A DNA stretch of 62,590 nucleotides, taken from an uncultured Alphaproteobacteria bacterium (GTDB lineage: Bacteria > Pseudomonadota > Alphaproteobacteria > JAAXGF01). Each line of letters starts with the position of its first letter. The stretch's first letter is position 1. The translations under genes were made by a program, and so were the position numbers. The notes beneath the pieces are model-generated. The model was not told where the DNA came from. It made no database searches and worked only from the letters and a program-made list of their open reading frames with translations. Below are positions 59,933 to 62,590 of the stretch, piece after piece. The stretch is taken from assembly GCA_964645285.1 (NCBI GenBank), contig CAZYDR010000005.1, forward strand, positions 1-62,590, given 5' to 3'.

Positions 59933-61053
59933 GAGCCACCCCCATAGCCGGGGCGACGGCGCGTCAAGGCCAGCACCATACCCATGCCGAGGGCTACGGC
60001 GACAGTCGATGAGCCACCGTAGGAAACGAACGGCAAGGTTATACCGGTAGGCGGAATCAGCGCCAGAGTGACGCCCATATGGAGTAGAGCCTGGAGGCCG
60101 AACTGGATCAGCAGGCCGCCAACCGCCAGCATGACGAACAGATCGCGCTGGTGATGCAGGCGACCGAAGCCACGCAGCACCACGAAGGCGAACAGGGCCA
60201 ACAAGGCCAGGCACAGCAGCAGGCCGAACTCCTCCCCGGCCACGGCGAAGACGAAATCGCTATGGGCGTCGGGCAGGGTTTCCTTGACCACGCCCTCGCC
60301 CGGCCCACGACCCAGCAGGCCGCCATTGGTAAAGGCCTCGAGGGCGGTGTCGACCTGATAACTATCACCCGACGCCGGATCGAGGAAGCGGTCAACCCGG
60401 TCGGTCACATGGGGCACAAAGACATAAGCCATGGCCGCGGCACTGATCCCCACCACGGCGAGCAGGGCGACCCAGCGCAAATGCAGACCGGCCAGGAAAC
60501 ACTGAGCGAACCATACGGCGCCGACCAACACGGCCATGCTGAAATCAGGCTGCAGCATAAGCAGGCCGACGATGACCGCGCAGAGCGCCACACAAACCAG
60601 ATTGCCCGGGAAGGTCGGGTCGAGGCGCTGGGTGGCGAGCAGCCAGGCGGCGGTCACCACAAATGTCGGCTTGACGAATTCGGAGACCTGGAGCGACACG
60701 GCGCCCAGCCTGATCCAACGCCGCGCGCCGTTGACTTCGGCTCCGGCGAAGATGGTCACCACCATCAACAGCAACCCCGCCAACAGGCCGCCCACGGTAA
60801 TCCGCCGCACCCACTGAGGCGACAGCAGGGAGACGCCGAGAATGACCAACAGGGCCGGCCCGCCATAGAACAACTGGCGACGAACGAAGTAGAACTGATC
60901 GACCCCAATATGGTCGGCGATGGCCGGACTGGCGGCCATGGTCAGAATAGTGCCGAGCGCCACCAGCAACGCCAGGGACGCCAGGGTCCAGCGGTCAACG
61001 GTCCACCACCACTGGCCGACCAGGCTGCGATCGTTGCGGGCCAGGACAATCAA
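59929..61053 (-). CDS. ftsW: Peptidoglycan glycosyltransferase FtsW (SEDS family)
   Basis: 374 aa, about 10 TM segments. PDAHSDFVFAV.GEE.G and GITLPFVSYGGSS motifs. Confidence 0.92.
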   Translation of the reverse strand: MIVLARNDRSLVGQWWWTVDRWTLASLALLVALGTILTMAASPAIADHIGVDQFYFVRRQLFYGGPALLVILGVSLLSPQWVRRITVGGLLAGLLLMVVTIFAGAEVNGARRWIRLGAVSLQVSEFVKPTFVVTAAWLLATQRLDPTFPGNLVCVALCAVIVGLLMLQPDFSMAVLVGAVWFAQCFLAGLHLRWVALLAVVGISAAAMAYVFVPHVTDRVDRFLDPASGDSYQVDTALEAFTNGGLLGRGPGEGVVKETLPDAHSDFVFAVAGEEFGLLLCLALLALFAFVVLRGFGRLHHQRDLFVMLAVGGLLIQFGLQALLHMGVTLALIPPTGITLPFVSYGGSSTVAVALGMGMVLALTRRRPGYGGGS

Positions 61054-62483
61054 TGGATTATCCCCGCCGGGCTGTGGTCGAGGGGCTCGTGTTCGACGAG
61101 CATGGCCCGTTCGCCCGGCAACGCCTCGACCAGAGCGCGGAACGCATCGCCCCGGACCTCGAAATCGGCGAACTGGTCAAACGAGGCGCAGGCCGGCGAC
61201 AGCAGCACCACGGCGCCGAATTCGCCGTCATCACAAGCCATGGCGGCGGCCGCGCCAAGGGCCGTATCGAGATCGCCGCACTGACTGTAAGGCACCGCGT
61301 CGCCCAGGGTCGCAGCGAAGTCTCCCGCCGCCTCGCCGATCAAAAACACATGACGAATGCGCGAGAACCGAGACGCCAATTCATCGATGCCACCGGCCTT
61401 CGCCCGACCGCCGGCAATCCAGTAGATCGACTTATAGCAGTCCAGGACCCGCGCCGTGGAAGCCGCGTTGGTCGCCTTTGAGTCGTTGACATAGGTAACG
61501 CCGTCGATCACCGCCAGGCGCTCCTGGCGATGGGCGAGACCGGGGAAGCTGCGCAGGTAGGCGGCGATCATCGCGGCCGGAACCTGGGAGACCCGCGCCA
61601 TGGCAAAGGCGGCGGCGGCGTTCTGCCAGTTGTGGGCGCCGGGCAAGGTGGCGATATCGGCCAGATCGATGACCGGGTCGTCCTCACCCTCGGTATCATC
61701 ATGAAGAATGCCGTCCACCACATAGACGCCGCCCGATATCTTACGGCCGACGGCGACAGGAATGACCTGCTGGTCGCCAACGTCCATGAGCTCATGGCAA
61801 ATCCGCTGACACCACTCGTCATCGACGCAGACCACCGCCACCTGGAGATCAGACTGGCCATGGAAGATGTGTTTCTTGACACCGGCGTAGCCAGCCAGAT
61901 CACCGTGCCGGTCGATATGGTCAGGCGTGATGTTGAGCAGGGCCGCCACATCGCAGGTCAGTGAAACGGTAAGATCGATCTGGTAGGACGACAGCTCAAG
62001 CACATAGGTGCCCTTGCCCAAGGGCTCGAGGTCGAGCACCGGAATACCCAGGTTACCGCCGACCGCCACATCCTGGCCAGCGAGCTTGAGAATGTGGCCG
62101 ACCAGGGCGGTGGTCGTCGATTTTCCGTTGGTGCCGGTGATGCCGATGTAGCGGGCATCGGCCATGGTACGCACCAGCAATTCGATATCGCCGATTACCT
62201 CGCAGCCGGCGCGGCGCGCCAGGTCAACCACCGGATGGGGCCTGGGGTGGTTCATGGGCACGCCAGGGGCGAGCACCAACGACGTCAGCGCCGACCAGTT
62301 GCAGCCATAGAGATCGACCAGGGAGACACCGGCAGCCTCGGCCCTGGCGCGGCTGTCCTCGGCATCGTCCCAGGCCCAGACGTCGGCGCCGGCGGCGTTC
62401 AGGGCGCGGGCGGCGGATAGCCCGGACCGTCCAAGCCCGAAGACGGCGACCGGCAAGCCGGCGAAGGGGAAGGCGTCGATCAT
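61050..62483 (-). CDS. murD: UDP-N-acetylmuramoylalanine--D-glutamate ligase
   Basis: 477 aa. VAVFGLGRSGLSAARAL, GITGTNGKSTTT, NITPDHIDRHG, DSKATN. Confidence 0.93.
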   Translation of the reverse strand: MIDAFPFAGLPVAVFGLGRSGLSAARALNAAGADVWAWDDAEDSRARAEAAGVSLVDLYGCNWSALTSLVLAPGVPMNHPRPHPVVDLARRAGCEVIGDIELLVRTMADARYIGITGTNGKSTTTALVGHILKLAGQDVAVGGNLGIPVLDLEPLGKGTYVLELSSYQIDLTVSLTCDVAALLNITPDHIDRHGDLAGYAGVKKHIFHGQSDLQVAVVCVDDEWCQRICHELMDVGDQQVIPVAVGRKISGGVYVVDGILHDDTEGEDDPVIDLADIATLPGAHNWQNAAAAFAMARVSQVPAAMIAAYLRSFPGLAHRQERLAVIDGVTYVNDSKATNAASTARVLDCYKSIYWIAGGRAKAGGIDELASRFSRIRHVFLIGEAAGDFAATLGDAVPYSQCGDLDTALGAAAAMACDDGEFGAVVLLSPACASFDQFADFEVRGDAFRALVEALPGERAMLVEHEPLDHSPAGIIH

Positions 62484-62487
62484 GCCA

Positions 62488-62590
62488 TCACCTCAGCTTC
62501 AACGTGGCCAGACCCAGGAGGGCGAGAATTAAGGCGATGATCCAGAAACGAATGACGATGGTCGGCTCGGCCCAGCCTTTCTGTTCGAAG
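62488..62590 (-). CDS. mraY: Phospho-N-acetylmuramoyl-pentapeptide transferase, C-terminal end (rest outside window)
   Basis: Reverse translation gives [33 protein letters not shown] with TGA at 62488-62490, the typical MraY C-terminus upstream of murD. Confidence 0.8.
   Translation of the reverse strand, partial: FEQKGWAEPTIVIRFWIIALILALLGLATLKLR

Noticed and set aside
59933-60214. 94-codon extension of the murG ORF.
   Set aside because: It overlaps ftsW. GTG 59932 overlaps the ftsW stop (GTGA) and gives the conserved MurG N-terminus ([13 protein letters not shown]).

Overview
High-GC chromosomal segment whose gene order looks alphaproteobacterial, probably Rhodospirillales-like (inference). 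Left part: the recA 3' end, alaS, an MBL hydrolase and a disrupted AAA+ ATPase. A long minus-strand block follows: a MerR-HTH/P-loop ATPase fusion, a lone DppB-type permease, a fold-type-IV aminotransferase, an OYE/FAD flavoprotein and a D-2-hydroxyacid dehydrogenase with an internal TAG. After that come icd, LOG, cytochrome c' plus a dihaem cytochrome c, a LysM protein, two small unknown ORFs, psd-pssA, a FAH / ThDP enzyme / MFS group, and a lone hpnE. The middle (about 23.9-45.6 kb) is a methylated-amine/osmolyte catabolic neighbourhood. It holds a DapA-like aldolase, a Dpp-type ABC importer with no binding protein, soxBDAG, a broken serine hydrolase, a sulfatase next to a non-Pyl MttB-family methyltransferase, two tandem DUF1127 mini-proteins, two tandem FAD oxidoreductases, a frameshifted StcD/DgcA-like flavoprotein, and tandem DMT transporters (one broken). 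Right part, all on the minus strand: ligA, recN, bamD, lpxC and the dcw cluster ftsZ-ftsA-ftsQ-ddl-murB-murC-murG-ftsW-murD-mraY (partial). I recognised no tRNA/rRNA, CRISPR array, transposase or integrase. Three things stand out. (i) At least five accessory genes carry in-frame stops or frame breaks while every housekeeping gene is intact. (ii) The MttB-sulfatase-DUF1127-flavoprotein cluster lacks the corrinoid partners that characterised MttB homologues need. (iii) A MerR-HTH/P-loop ATPase fusion sits behind a MerR-style promoter with a 19-bp spacer. I do not see a clear-cut, self-contained novel system such as a defence island, and the candidates are flagged with modest confidence. All homology calls come from reading the translations by eye; no searches were run.
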